From: Candidatus Nomurabacteria bacterium
GTDB taxonomy: Bacteria > Patescibacteriota > Minisyncoccia > Phycocordibacterales > UBA9973
Assembly (NCBI GenBank): GCA_003155695.1
Contig: PMDZ01000006.1
Location: forward strand, 20,007 to 84,006
Length of the DNA: 64,000 nt
Reading direction: 5' to 3'
Positions 8,471 through 17,094 of this stretch are shown in pieces. Numbering within the stretch: position 1 is the first letter of the stretch; every line of letters starts with the position of its first letter. The notes under the pieces were generated by a model. It was not told the DNA's origin and searched no databases. It saw only the letters and a list, made by a program, of their open reading frames with translations. Both the position numbers and the translations under genes were made by a program.

Positions 8471-10285
8471 ATGATAAATTATTTTAAAATAAAAAATAAA
8501 AAAAATGGATTTACATTAGTGGAAACATTAGTGGCGACGGCTATTTTTGTCTCTATCTCGGTTGGAATATATGTAGGGCTAATGAATATTTTAAAAATAA
8601 TGAATATAATCCGGACAAAAAATATAATGACGGATATTGCCAATGAACAGTTTGAAATTGTCCGAAATTTGCCATATAGTAGCGTGGGCACAGTTAGTGG
8701 AATTCCTTCCGGTATTCTTTCCCAAAGTAAAACAATTAATCGTGATAATAAAGTTTTCGATGTGGATACTGTGGTTCGTAATTTTGACGACCCGTTTGAT
8801 GGCACTTTTGACGGGACTCCCAAAGATACATCTCCGGCAGATATGAAGATAATAGAATTGACGATTGCATGTACTTCATGCGACGATACTTTAGCCCCGA
8901 TCTCTTTTACGACAAAAGTTGCGCCGAAAAATCTTGAAACCACTTCCGTAGATGGGGCAATTGTTGTTAAAGTTTTCGACTCGTCGGGATTGCCTGTCGG
9001 TGGTGCTAGTGTTAATGTTGTAAATAATAGTATTACTCCCGCTGTAAATATAAACGATGAAACCGATGTAAATGGAATGTATACAATTGTTGATGCTCCT
9101 CCGTCGGTTGGTAGTTATCAGATTATCGTTACTAAAGACGGGTATTCTACTGACCGCACTTATCAAACTGGAGGAACCGGTAACCCGGCGCATCCAACTA
9201 AACCAAACCTGACTGTCGTTGTTCAACAAATTTCGCAAATGTCCTTCACAATAGATCAAACCAGCACTATTGATTTTTCCAGTATAAATAGTCAGTGTGT
9301 GGCAACTCCGGGTTTTGATTTTACTTTGTCGGGAAGTAAATTAATCGGAACAAATCCTAACACTCTCAAATACTCCAATTCGCTTGTGACAGACAGTTCA
9401 GGACTGCTAACTTTACCTAATGTTGAATGGGATACATATAACATTACCGGTATTGATAGTGCTTATGATATTATCGGAACCAATCCGCTTTTATCACTCG
9501 GTATCAATCCCAATGTTGAACAAAATATGCAGATTATTACCGCTCCCAAAAATGGCAGAAGGCTTTTGGTTGTAGTGAGAGACCAATCTACCGGGTTGCC
9601 TATTTCCGACGCTACTGTTGCTGTCACTGGTCCAAGTAGCTATTCGCAAAGTTATACTACAAGCCAGGGATTTTTGACTCAAACAGATTGGTCCGGGGGA
9701 AGTGGACAAACCTCCTTTGGAAGCGCAAATAAGTTCTTCGATTCGGACGGTAACATTGATTATAGTTCTTCGCCTGGGAATTTAAGCTTGAAAAAACTAA
9801 GTAATTATGTTCCGAATGGCTATCTCACTTCGTCTACTTTCGATACAGGTTCGGCAAGTAATTTTAGACAAATTATTTGGAGTCCGGCAACGGAACCATC
9901 TCAAACAGGAACATCAAGTGTTAGATTCCAAATCGCTACAAACAACGATAATGCCACATGGAATTTTACCGGGCCTGATGGAACTTCATCCACATATTAC
10001 AGTTCCGCCAATCAAAATATAAGTTCAACCAATAACGGACAAAGATATATCCGCTATCGGTTGTATCTCTCTACTTCAAACCAATCATATACTCCGACTA
10101 TATCGGATATTTCCTTCACTTATACTTCAGCTTGTATCCCTCCCGGACAAGTATCTTTCTCTGGTCTTGCTTCCGGTAGTTACGGTATTTCTGTGACAAA
10201 AACCGGTTATCACAGTACGTCAAAAAATATAACAATTGCAAGTGGAGATAGCTGGGTCAAGCAAGAAATTACGATTTCGCCATAA
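8471..10285 (+). CDS. Large (604 aa) type IV pilin / prepilin-type protein
   Basis: A class III signal peptide: MINYFKIKNKKNG|FTLVETLVATAIFV, i.e. the G-F-T-L-V-E cleavage/methylation motif followed by a hydrophobic helix. The long S/T/G-rich globular region contains carboxypeptidase-regulatory-like beta domains. Confidence 0.8.
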   Translation: MINYFKIKNKKNGFTLVETLVATAIFVSISVGIYVGLMNILKIMNIIRTKNIMTDIANEQFEIVRNLPYSSVGTVSGIPSGILSQSKTINRDNKVFDVDTVVRNFDDPFDGTFDGTPKDTSPADMKIIELTIACTSCDDTLAPISFTTKVAPKNLETTSVDGAIVVKVFDSSGLPVGGASVNVVNNSITPAVNINDETDVNGMYTIVDAPPSVGSYQIIVTKDGYSTDRTYQTGGTGNPAHPTKPNLTVVVQQISQMSFTIDQTSTIDFSSINSQCVATPGFDFTLSGSKLIGTNPNTLKYSNSLVTDSSGLLTLPNVEWDTYNITGIDSAYDIIGTNPLLSLGINPNVEQNMQIITAPKNGRRLLVVVRDQSTGLPISDATVAVTGPSSYSQSYTTSQGFLTQTDWSGGSGQTSFGSANKFFDSDGNIDYSSSPGNLSLKKLSNYVPNGYLTSSTFDTGSASNFRQIIWSPATEPSQTGTSSVRFQIATNNDNATWNFTGPDGTSSTYYSSANQNISSTNNGQRYIRYRLYLSTSNQSYTPTISDISFTYTSACIPPGQVSFSGLASGSYGISVTKTGYHSTSKNITIASGDSWVKQEITISP

Positions 10286-10290
10286 ATATT

Positions 10291-10908
10291 ATGTTTACGA
10301 ATTCATTTAAAAAAAATAATGGTTTTACACTTTTGGAAATTCTGATTACGATGGTGATTTTTACCGCAATTATGGGTGTTGTAACCATGTTTGCCAGAGA
10401 CTTGTTTTATTACAACAGTATGTTTTCCAGTGGTTTAACTTCTTATGATGAAGCAAGAAAAGTTCTTCAGCCTATCTCTTCCGAGATTCGTTCCGCTTCG
10501 CCATCTTCTTTGGGTTCTTATCCTATTGAGACAGCAGGTATTACAGCTTTTACTTTTTTTTCCGATATTAATAGTGATGGGTTGAAAGAAAGAATTAGAT
10601 ATTTTTTATCCGGAACTACATTAATGAAAGGAGTTATTGTACCGTTAGGAAGCCCATTGCAGTATTTGTCGAATACGGAAGTTCTTACAGAAATTGTGCA
10701 CAATGTTCGAAATGGTTCAACTCCCATATTTACTTATTATGATTCCAGTTATAACGGTAGTACATCTCCTTTGTCGCAACCGGTTTCAATTTTATCCGTC
10801 CGTCTTGTTATGATAACTTTAATTCTTGAAGGAGACCCCAATAGGCAACCTGCCCCGATAACAGTTACTACGGAAGTAAGTATTCGTAACCTTAAAGATA
10901 ATTTATGA
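10291..10908 (+). CDS. Prepilin-type N-terminal cleavage/methylation domain protein (minor pilin / pseudopilin)
   Basis: KKNNG|FTLLEILITMVIFTAIMGV prepilin motif. Confidence 0.8.
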   Translation: MFTNSFKKNNGFTLLEILITMVIFTAIMGVVTMFARDLFYYNSMFSSGLTSYDEARKVLQPISSEIRSASPSSLGSYPIETAGITAFTFFSDINSDGLKERIRYFLSGTTLMKGVIVPLGSPLQYLSNTEVLTEIVHNVRNGSTPIFTYYDSSYNGSTSPLSQPVSILSVRLVMITLILEGDPNRQPAPITVTTEVSIRNLKDNL

Positions 10909-12386
10909 TTTATAAAATAGAAAAATACAATAAAGATAGTCGCGGAGTAATTCTTTTGAATGTTCTGGTGTTTTCTGCTTTAGCGATATCTCTTGTGACG
11001 TTCTTTATTACCTGGGCATCCTCCAGTGTCAAAATAGTAGAATCAACATTGCACAAAGAACAAGCTTTTCAGATTGCGGAAGCTGGGGTAGATTATTATC
11101 GCTGGCATTTGGCTCATGCTCCTAGTGATTTTAAAGACGGAACAACAAACAATGGACCTTATACCCACATTTTTTACGATAAAGATGGAGTTGCTATCGG
11201 TAGTTTTATTTTAACCATTACTCCTCCTATAATAGGCTCAACTATCGTTACAATCAAATCGGAGGGACATGTAAATAATTACCCATCAATCAAAAGAACA
11301 ATTCAAACAAAACTCGCTATTCCATCTTTTGCAAAATACGCTATTGTTGCAAACGATAATATGCGTTTTGGAGAAGGAACTGAAATTTTTGGTCCAGTTC
11401 ATTCGAACGGTGGTATCAGATTCGATGGAATAGCTCACAACATTGTGACAAGTGCCCTTTCTTCCTATGATGACCCCGATCACTCGGGTGGTTCAGAGTT
11501 TGGTGTTCATACCCACGTGAATGTCGGAGGTGGAATTAACGATTCTTTTCGCTCACAAGAGGCGCCTCCGACAAGTCCGGTTCCAACAAGGAGTGATGTC
11601 TTTCTCGCAGGACGTCAATTCCCGGTTCCGCAATCTGATTTCACCGGAATTACAAATGATCTTTCTGTAATTAAAACAAATGCTACGTCAGGGGGTAAGT
11701 ATTTGGCTCCATCAGGAGCTCTTGGCTATCATATTGTACTTAAAACAAACGATACTTATGATTTATATAAAGTAAATAATTTGGCTACTCCCTCCGACAG
11801 CGATTGTGCCAGCACTTCAAATTACGGGGACGATACCTGGGGAACATGGAGTATAGCTTCTGGCGGACAAACTCTGGTAGGGAATTACAATAATCCGGCA
11901 AATGGACTTATCTTTGTGGAAGATAATGTTTGGGTTGACGGTCAGATAAATACCGCCAGAATTACAATTGCTGCCGGAAAATTCCCGGATAATGTAGGTA
12001 CCAGAAAAAGTATATTTATTAATAACGACCTTATGTATACAAACTATAATGGGCAAGATGTAATCGGTCTAATTGCCCAAGACGACGTGACTGTCGGAAT
12101 GATAAGTGACGACAACCTTCGCATTGATGCCGCTCTCATGGCGGTTAATGGCAGAGTTGGAAGACATTATTACAGTGATCAATGTAGCCCGTATCATTTA
12201 AGAAATAGCATTACTCTTTATGGAATGATAGGCAGTAATCAACGATATGGATTTGCTTACACAGATAATACTGGTTACGATACCCGTACAATTATTTATG
12301 ATGCCAATTTGTTATACGGGCCACCGGTTTCTTTTCCTCTAACTTCCGATAAATACTCAACTATTTCGTGGGATGAGATGGAGTAA
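10905..12386 (+). CDS. Pilus-associated membrane-anchored protein (PilX-like, degenerate prepilin motif)
   Basis: The N-terminus SRGVILLNVLVFSALAISLV is hydrophobic and prepilin-like but lacks the Glu at +5. Its start overlaps the upstream pseudopilin gene by 4 nt, so it is operonic. Confidence 0.45.
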   Translation: MIYKIEKYNKDSRGVILLNVLVFSALAISLVTFFITWASSSVKIVESTLHKEQAFQIAEAGVDYYRWHLAHAPSDFKDGTTNNGPYTHIFYDKDGVAIGSFILTITPPIIGSTIVTIKSEGHVNNYPSIKRTIQTKLAIPSFAKYAIVANDNMRFGEGTEIFGPVHSNGGIRFDGIAHNIVTSALSSYDDPDHSGGSEFGVHTHVNVGGGINDSFRSQEAPPTSPVPTRSDVFLAGRQFPVPQSDFTGITNDLSVIKTNATSGGKYLAPSGALGYHIVLKTNDTYDLYKVNNLATPSDSDCASTSNYGDDTWGTWSIASGGQTLVGNYNNPANGLIFVEDNVWVDGQINTARITIAAGKFPDNVGTRKSIFINNDLMYTNYNGQDVIGLIAQDDVTVGMISDDNLRIDAALMAVNGRVGRHYYSDQCSPYHLRNSITLYGMIGSNQRYGFAYTDNTGYDTRTIIYDANLLYGPPVSFPLTSDKYSTISWDEME

Positions 12387-12430
12387 TAATAACCTTACAT
12401 AAATGGTTATTTTGTGGTATAATAGAACAT

Positions 12431-13183
12431 ATGGCTAAAATCGTTGTTGCCAACTGGAAAGAAAACCCGCAATCCCAAAAAGAGGCGGAAGTTCTTTTTA
12501 AGGGTACATTTCTCTTGGCGAAATTCAGAGAAAACACCAGAATCATTATCTGCCCGCCATTTCCATACCTCTATCTGTCCGGAAAATTTAAAAATAAAAA
12601 AGTTTTTCTTGGTGCCCAGAATGTCGGAAAAGAGGAGGGCGGGTCTTATACCGGGGAAGTTTCGCCTAAAATGCTTTCCGATATGGGAGCGGATTTTGCA
12701 ATAGTCGGCCACGGAGAAGAACGCTTACTTGGAGAGACAAATGAAATTATAAATGCAAAAATATTAAATTTACTTAAATTTAAACTCTCACCGATTCTTT
12801 GTGTCGGGGAAAGTGAGAGAGACAAAGAGGGAAATTATCTTTCTTTCGTCGAAGGACAAGTGAAAGATTGTCTTTTGGCTGTACCTAAAGCCCAAATGAA
12901 AAATATTATCATCGCTTACGAACCGATATGGGCAATAGGAGCGAATGCCACTCGTGAAGCAACAAAAGAAGAATTTATGGAAATGAAAATTTTTATCAAA
13001 AAAGTAATTTCCGATATTTATGACGGGAAGATTGCTCACAGTATACCGATTCTTTACGGCGGTTCGGTGAATCCAGCTAATGCTTCGCAATTTGTGGATG
13101 GTGGAAAAGCCGACGGACTGCTCGTTGGTCGCGACAGTCTCGACCCGAAAAAATTTGGAGCAATATTAAACGCCTTAAATTAA
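12431..13183 (+). CDS. tpiA: Triosephosphate isomerase
   Basis: ANWKEN, IVGHGEERLL, AYEPIWAIGAN and YGGSV match the canonical NWKMN, GHSERR, AYEPVWAIGTG and YGGSV motifs. Confidence 0.9.
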   Translation: MAKIVVANWKENPQSQKEAEVLFKGTFLLAKFRENTRIIICPPFPYLYLSGKFKNKKVFLGAQNVGKEEGGSYTGEVSPKMLSDMGADFAIVGHGEERLLGETNEIINAKILNLLKFKLSPILCVGESERDKEGNYLSFVEGQVKDCLLAVPKAQMKNIIIAYEPIWAIGANATREATKEEFMEMKIFIKKVISDIYDGKIAHSIPILYGGSVNPANASQFVDGGKADGLLVGRDSLDPKKFGAILNALN

Positions 13184-13188
13184 ATAAA

Positions 13189-14310
13189 ATGAAATCAATA
13201 AAAGAATTAAAAAATTTAACCGGCAAAAGAGTTGTTCTCCGAGCCGATTTCAATGTGCCGATAAAAAACGGCGTTGTCCTTGATGATTTCCGGATTAAAA
13301 AAGTTATTCCGAGCATTTTATATTTGCAGAAGAAAGGCGCGAAAGTTATTATTATTTCCCATATCGGAGACGACGGGAAAGAGAGTTTGCTTCCGGTGGC
13401 AAATAAACTTAAAAAATATATTAAAGACGTGAACTTTATTCAAACGCCGATTTTTTCCAACGAGACACAAAAAATATTAAATTCACTAAAAAATAAAGAT
13501 ATAGTCTTGCTTGAGAACTTGCGTCGCGAGACCGGCGAAAAGAAAAATTCGCCTTCATTTGCAAGGGCTTTATCGCGGTATGGCGATATTTACGTCAATG
13601 ATGCTTTCTCGGTTTCTCACCGCGAACATGCTTCGATTGTTGGCATCACCAAGTATCTTCCCGGCTATGCCGGTTTTCAGATGGAAGCCGAAGTAGAAAA
13701 TTTATCAAAAGTCTTTAATCCGCCACACCCATTTTTATTTATCTTGGGCGGAGCGAAATTTGAAACGAAAATTCCTTTGATTAAAAAGTTTCTTCGCCAA
13801 GCCGACCACATTTTTATTGCCGGAGCGATTGCCAATGACTTCTTCAAAGCAAGAGGTTATGAAGTCGGAACATCGCTTGTCAGTGATGCGAATTTTCAAA
13901 TTACTCCGCTCTTAAAAGCTAAAAATCTAATTCTGCCGACTGATGTTGAAGTTACAAAAAATTCCAAAAATCATATAACCAAGCCGACCGAGGTCATGCC
14001 GGATGAAAATATTGTTGATATCGGACCGCAATCGGTTCTCCAGCTCAAAGATTTAATTGCTAAAGCCGAATTTATTCTCTGGAATGGACCACTTGGAAAA
14101 TTTGAAAGTGGTTTCGGTAAAGCAACAGAAGAAGTGCTTAAGATTGTTTCCAAATCAAAAGCCAAGAATGTCATCGGCGGAGGGGACACAGTTGCACTTA
14201 TCTCAAAACTCAAAATTGAAGATAAACTCGGTTTCGTTTCAACCGGCGGTGGGGCTACTCTCGATTTCCTTTCCAAAGGAACCTTGCCGGGGATCCGTGT
14301 ATTAAAATAA
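13189..14310 (+). CDS. pgk: Phosphoglycerate kinase
   Basis: RADFNVP at the N-terminus, a hinge, and C-terminal nucleotide-binding motifs (GGGDT-like GGGATLDFL). The gene is adjacent to tpiA. Confidence 0.9.
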   Translation: MKSIKELKNLTGKRVVLRADFNVPIKNGVVLDDFRIKKVIPSILYLQKKGAKVIIISHIGDDGKESLLPVANKLKKYIKDVNFIQTPIFSNETQKILNSLKNKDIVLLENLRRETGEKKNSPSFARALSRYGDIYVNDAFSVSHREHASIVGITKYLPGYAGFQMEAEVENLSKVFNPPHPFLFILGGAKFETKIPLIKKFLRQADHIFIAGAIANDFFKARGYEVGTSLVSDANFQITPLLKAKNLILPTDVEVTKNSKNHITKPTEVMPDENIVDIGPQSVLQLKDLIAKAEFILWNGPLGKFESGFGKATEEVLKIVSKSKAKNVIGGGDTVALISKLKIEDKLGFVSTGGGATLDFLSKGTLPGIRVLK

Positions 14311-14322
14311 ATATGTAAATAT

Positions 14323-14901
14323 ATGTCCATAATAAATATTTTTAAAAAGATAATTCAAAAGAGACCAAATGAGAATGATTATGGAATAAACCTGTCGATT
14401 CCATCACTTAAAAAATTTCTGACTTATTTGCCCCCGAATCCAATGATTCTGAACGTCGGGTGCGGAATAGGTCAAGACTCCAAATTTCTGAAAGAGAACG
14501 GCTGCTATGTTTTGGGAGTGGATTCGTCCAAAGAGATGATTAACCGAGCGAAAGTTTACGCTCCCGAAGTTAAATTCGAATTGCAAGATTTTATGAAGTT
14601 GGAGCCGAGCGTCAAATATGACGCGATTTGGTGCTCCAGAGTTTTTCATCATATGGTAAATATTGGACCAGAAAAATTCTTCGGCCAAGCAAAAAATTTA
14701 TTGAAAGAAAAAGGAGTTTTATATTTAACATCGGTTGCTTCCGATACGGAACGAGGTGAAATAATAAAAAACAATCTGGTTATTCGCGGATTAACCGAAA
14801 ATTCGTTCAAGAGTATGGTTATGGAGAATGGTTTTGAAATCTTGGATTTTAATTATTGGGATGACAGGAAAGGTATGGAAATATTTGCCAGAGTAAAATA
14901 A
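14323..14901 (+). CDS. Class I SAM-dependent methyltransferase
   Basis: Motif I LNVGCGIGQD, followed by the acidic motif VLGVDSS. Confidence 0.7.
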   Translation: MSIINIFKKIIQKRPNENDYGINLSIPSLKKFLTYLPPNPMILNVGCGIGQDSKFLKENGCYVLGVDSSKEMINRAKVYAPEVKFELQDFMKLEPSVKYDAIWCSRVFHHMVNIGPEKFFGQAKNLLKEKGVLYLTSVASDTERGEIIKNNLVIRGLTENSFKSMVMENGFEILDFNYWDDRKGMEIFARVK

Positions 14902-14904
14902 AAA

Positions 14905-16665
14905 ATGGAAGATCAGACCAAAATATGCCAAAACTGCAAAAATAAGTTCAACATCGAACCCGATGATTTTTCTTTCTACGAGAAAATGAAAGTTCCGGCA
15001 CCAACTTTTTGCTATCTTTGCAGAGTAGAGAGACGGCTGGCATTTCGAAACGAGAGAAAATTTTTCAGAGTCAAGGATGCTTTTACAGGTCTTGATATTT
15101 TTTCTCTTTACCCACCAGAAAGCGGGAAGAAATCAGTAACCGAAGAAGAATGGCACAAGGACAACTGGAACGAACTTGATTACGGCCGTGATTATGATTT
15201 TTCCATAAATTTTTTCAAACAGCTCTACAAATTGGAAAAAGAAGTGCCGATTTTCGCCCTTCGGGTTGAAGGCATGATCAATAGCTCCTATTGTGCCAAT
15301 GCTTCATATTTGAGGAATACTTACCTTTGTTTCAATTCCAATACTTCGGAAAGCTGTATGTACGGTAATGCCGTCGATTACAGTAAAGATTGTGTAGATA
15401 ACTCCCATGTCAATCATATGGAAAGATGTTACGAATGTTTCTGGATGCAGAATTGTTATCAATGTTATTTTACGATTATGTCGGCGGAATCGAGAAATTT
15501 GTGGTTCTGTCGAAATTGCCTTGGTTGTAACGATTGTTTTGGTTGTACCAACTTACGCAAAGCCTCATATTATATATTCAATAAACAATATTCAAAAGAA
15601 GACTATTTTTCGGAAATAGAAAAAATGAAATTGGATACGATATCCGGTCTTAAAAAGGCAAGAGAAGCTGCCAGAAATTTCTGGAAAACTCAACCGACAA
15701 AATACCAGCACGGCCTGAAAAATATTAATTCAACCGGTTCGTACGTTACCAATTGCAAGAATGTTAATGACAGTTTCCTTATCAGAGAAGGGGAAAATAT
15801 GCGTTATTGCCAGTATTTGCAGGTTCCAAAAAACAAAGATTGTTATGATACCACAGCCTGGGGGGATAATATGGAAATGCATTATGAAACTTGTCTTTGC
15901 GGCGAAAATTCATACAATCTTAAATTTTCAACCGACAGTTGGCCAAACTGCAAAAATCTCGAGTATTGTATAAGTTGTTTCAGTACATCCGATTGTTTTG
16001 CTTGCGTCGGTTTGAAGAAAAAACAATATTGTATTTTCAACAAGCAATATGGAAAAGACGAATATTTTGAAATGGTGGAAAAAATAAAAAAACAGATGGA
16101 TGATATACCGTATGTCGACAAAAAGGGGAGTGTCTATAAATACGGTGAATTTTTCCCGATTGAACTTTCACCGTTCGGTTACAACAATACGACATCTTTC
16201 CAATATTTCCCGATGACGAAAGTTAAAGCCGAGGAAAACGGCTACCCATGGATTGAAGTTCCGCGTGGTAAATATAATATCACCAAAAAAGCCTTGGAAT
16301 TACCCTATTCAATTAACGATGCGGATGAAAGCATTTTGGATGATGTCATCGAATGCAACAATTGTAAAAATCCTTACAAAATTCTGGAAGACGAATTTAA
16401 TTTTTATAAAAAAGAAAAAATACCGTTGCCGGATTTATGCGATGAGTGTCGTTTCAGAAGAAGAATCGAAGACAGATTAAAGTTTCAACTCTACGATAGG
16501 TCTTGTATGTGTTCAGGAGAAAAAGATGCCACTGGAAAATACAAAAATACCGTCAAACATGTCCACGGTGACAATTCTTGCGAAGAAAAATTCAAAACCG
16601 GCTACGGTTCGGAGAGAGGAGAGATAATCTATTGTGAGAAATGTTATCAGCAGGAAGTTTATTAA
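14905..16665 (+). CDS. Cysteine-rich protein, paralog 3 of 3 (586 aa)
   Basis: N-terminus CQNCKNKFNIEPDDFSFYEKMKVPAPTFCYLCRVERRLAFRNER. C-terminus EFNFYKKEKIPLPDLCDECRFRRR...ERGEIIYCEKCYQQEVY. The internal block QMDDIPYVDKKGSVYKYGEFFPIELSPFGYNNTT is conserved with paralogs 1 and 2. Confidence 0.8.
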   Translation: MEDQTKICQNCKNKFNIEPDDFSFYEKMKVPAPTFCYLCRVERRLAFRNERKFFRVKDAFTGLDIFSLYPPESGKKSVTEEEWHKDNWNELDYGRDYDFSINFFKQLYKLEKEVPIFALRVEGMINSSYCANASYLRNTYLCFNSNTSESCMYGNAVDYSKDCVDNSHVNHMERCYECFWMQNCYQCYFTIMSAESRNLWFCRNCLGCNDCFGCTNLRKASYYIFNKQYSKEDYFSEIEKMKLDTISGLKKAREAARNFWKTQPTKYQHGLKNINSTGSYVTNCKNVNDSFLIREGENMRYCQYLQVPKNKDCYDTTAWGDNMEMHYETCLCGENSYNLKFSTDSWPNCKNLEYCISCFSTSDCFACVGLKKKQYCIFNKQYGKDEYFEMVEKIKKQMDDIPYVDKKGSVYKYGEFFPIELSPFGYNNTTSFQYFPMTKVKAEENGYPWIEVPRGKYNITKKALELPYSINDADESILDDVIECNNCKNPYKILEDEFNFYKKEKIPLPDLCDECRFRRRIEDRLKFQLYDRSCMCSGEKDATGKYKNTVKHVHGDNSCEEKFKTGYGSERGEIIYCEKCYQQEVY

Positions 16666-17066
16666 ATCGCTTTCTTTATTTTTTCAAGTGTTTTTTTGGC
16701 TTCCGATTCTTTGTATTCTTTTGTCGGGAAGTTTCTAAAAAAATCTCCATTATATCGAGGTATCACGTGGACGTGGAAATGGGGGACTTCGTTACCGACA
16801 ACTGATTCCTGAACATAATCACATTTTAAACTCTTTTTGAGAGCAAGCATCATTTTTTTTGTTAGTTTGAAGATATCTCCGATTGTCTTATCGTCTGCTT
16901 CCTGCATCCAAACAATATGTTTTTTGGGAATTATCAAAAGATGACCATGGCTGACCGGTTTAATATCAAGAAAAACCAAGAAATTTTTATCCTCGAAGAC
17001 TTTACTACAAGGGATCTCTCCCTTTGCCAGCTTGCAAAATATGCAGCTATTTGTTTGTTCGGTCAT
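16662..17066 (-). CDS. HIT-family (histidine triad) nucleotide hydrolase
   Basis: The HIT motif VPHFHVHVIP. The start is taken at MTEQTNSCIFC rather than the longer ORF reaching 17090, which would overlap recJ. Confidence 0.8.
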   Translation of the reverse strand: MTEQTNSCIFCKLAKGEIPCSKVFEDKNFLVFLDIKPVSHGHLLIIPKKHIVWMQEADDKTIGDIFKLTKKMMLALKKSLKCDYVQESVVGNEVPHFHVHVIPRYNGDFFRNFPTKEYKESEAKKTLEKIKKAI

Positions 17067-17094
17067 GTTAGCATTATATGGTAAAATCAAAAGT

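Noticed and set aside
17032-17094. Long-start versions of recJ (17032) and the HIT gene (ending 17090) that overlap each other head to head
   Set aside because: Choosing the internal Met codons (MPNHIELL at 17095; MTEQTNSCIFC ending at 17066) removes the overlap. It also matches conserved N-termini of both families.
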